Below are positions 63,149-64,000 of a DNA stretch of 64,000 nucleotides, piece after piece. This DNA is from Candidatus Moraniibacteriota bacterium (lineage in GTDB: Bacteria > Patescibacteriota > Minisyncoccia > Moranbacterales > UBA1568), in the NCBI GenBank assembly GCA_963743885.1, contig CAVURJ010000002.1, forward strand, positions 305,706-369,705. Direction: 5' to 3'. The translations under genes and the position numbers were made by a program. Under the pieces are notes generated by a model. It worked only from the letters and a program-made list of their open reading frames with translations. It had not been told where the DNA came from and made no database searches. Within the stretch, counting starts at the first letter, position 1, and the number at the start of each line of letters is the position of its first letter.

Positions 63149-64000
63149 ATGAAAGCTGTCGAATATCTGAAAGGAATAGCATCGAAGCATGGTTGGGAGA
63201 TTGCTGGTATAGCGACGCTTCTTTTCATTGTGCTGATCAATATCTTTCCGGCGGGATATATCATCGATAGTGGGGATGTCGTCCAGTTTCTCGATCTCAA
63301 GCGGCATTATCTGGACAAGGTCTTTTATGATAGCTGGATGCTCGGCCGTATCTCGATGTTTTTTGGTGTCTTTTATCTCTTGGATCTTGTGGGCATATCC
63401 GACACTGGGCAGCTCTCGTGGTATCTTGGGGTATTCCTTTTTGGATCGTATTTCTCTTTCCGTGTCTTCTGTTGGAATGTCTTTCCTCGCATGCCGAAGC
63501 CGGTCACGGTGCTCATGTCGCTTTTTTATGCGGCCAATATCTATACGCTTTACGTCTTTACCTCGACATGGGGATTCACGTCGTATCAGATACTCTACGC
63601 GTTCATTCCAGCATTGACGGGATTGTATATTAAGGCACTTTACCCCTCACCCTCGAAGACTCAGGAGCTCCCCTTGGAAAGTGGAGCAGGAAGATCGGTG
63701 AGTAGAATAGAGTCGCCCTCAAATAAGAAGAAGTATGTGCTTTGGTTCTTGTTCGCGGCGTTTCTGGCTTCGATGAGTTTTTCTAACCCGGCATTTGCCG
63801 TTTCGTCGGCGGTCTATTTCTCCCTTCTGACAGGAGCTCTTTTCGTATCCGGACTCGTGAAGTCGAATAAAGCGGTTTGGTGGAAGATAGCGATCATGGC
63901 AGCGGGTGTGGTGCTGCTCAATATGTATTGGATACTGCCGCTCATACCGCAGGCGAAGTCTGGAGTAGAGGCGCTTAGCTCCTCCGATGTAATTGTCCTT
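63149..64000 (+). CDS. polytopic membrane protein, 3'-truncated at window end (putative GT-C-like)
   Basis: open frame from ATG 63149 to window end; multiple TM helices (IAGIATLLFIVLINIF, ISMFFGVFYLLDLVGI...). Confidence 0.55.
   Translation, partial: MKAVEYLKGIASKHGWEIAGIATLLFIVLINIFPAGYIIDSGDVVQFLDLKRHYLDKVFYDSWMLGRISMFFGVFYLLDLVGISDTGQLSWYLGVFLFGSYFSFRVFCWNVFPRMPKPVTVLMSLFYAANIYTLYVFTSTWGFTSYQILYAFIPALTGLYIKALYPSPSKTQELPLESGAGRSVSRIESPSNKKKYVLWFLFAAFLASMSFSNPAFAVSSAVYFSLLTGALFVSGLVKSNKAVWWKIAIMAAGVVLLNMYWILPLIPQAKSGVEALSSSDVIVL

Overview
The window is 64 kb from a bacterium with a compact, Candidate-Phyla-Radiation-like gene set. Coding regions are GC-rich, intergenic regions are AT-rich, and several genes overlap by ATGA. 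Almost all genes are on the + strand.

Housekeeping content: pyrG (5' truncated), rpmA, scpAB, a DacA-type carboxypeptidase, mraY, pgk, eno, an ftsA-like gene, alaS, a class A PBP, an ABC-F ATPase, secDF, tyrS, pheST, an RNase P RNA and a WbaP-type sugar transferase. From about 48 kb to the end there is an AT-rich surface-glycan biosynthesis island.

Things not explained by ordinary annotation:
- Two paralogous, very large secreted LCAT/PGAP1-like lipase proteins (10.8-14.5 kb and 40.8-44.0 kb) share about 330 aa of C-terminus at roughly 85-95% nucleotide identity. The second is followed by an array of promoter-less, ATG-less C-terminal gene fragments. Each fragment is followed by a small polytopic membrane-protein gene and a related terminator hairpin. 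This looks like a polymorphic-toxin/immunity or silent-cassette locus.
- The RNase P RNA is about 765 nt and carries two copies of a roughly 130-nt element bounded by perfect 18-bp inverted repeats.
- A GIY-YIG nuclease gene sits exactly in the loop of a 17-bp terminator-like palindrome.
- A roughly 90-160 nt intergenic element occurs three to four times and shows compensatory base changes in its stem, so it is probably a structured RNA or MITE.
- SecD carries an embedded parvulin-like PPIase segment.
- There is a 194-bp long palindrome, and several short palindromic or AT-rich repeat families.

I found no tRNA, rRNA or CRISPR array. All calls rest on motif recognition by eye; no database search was run.
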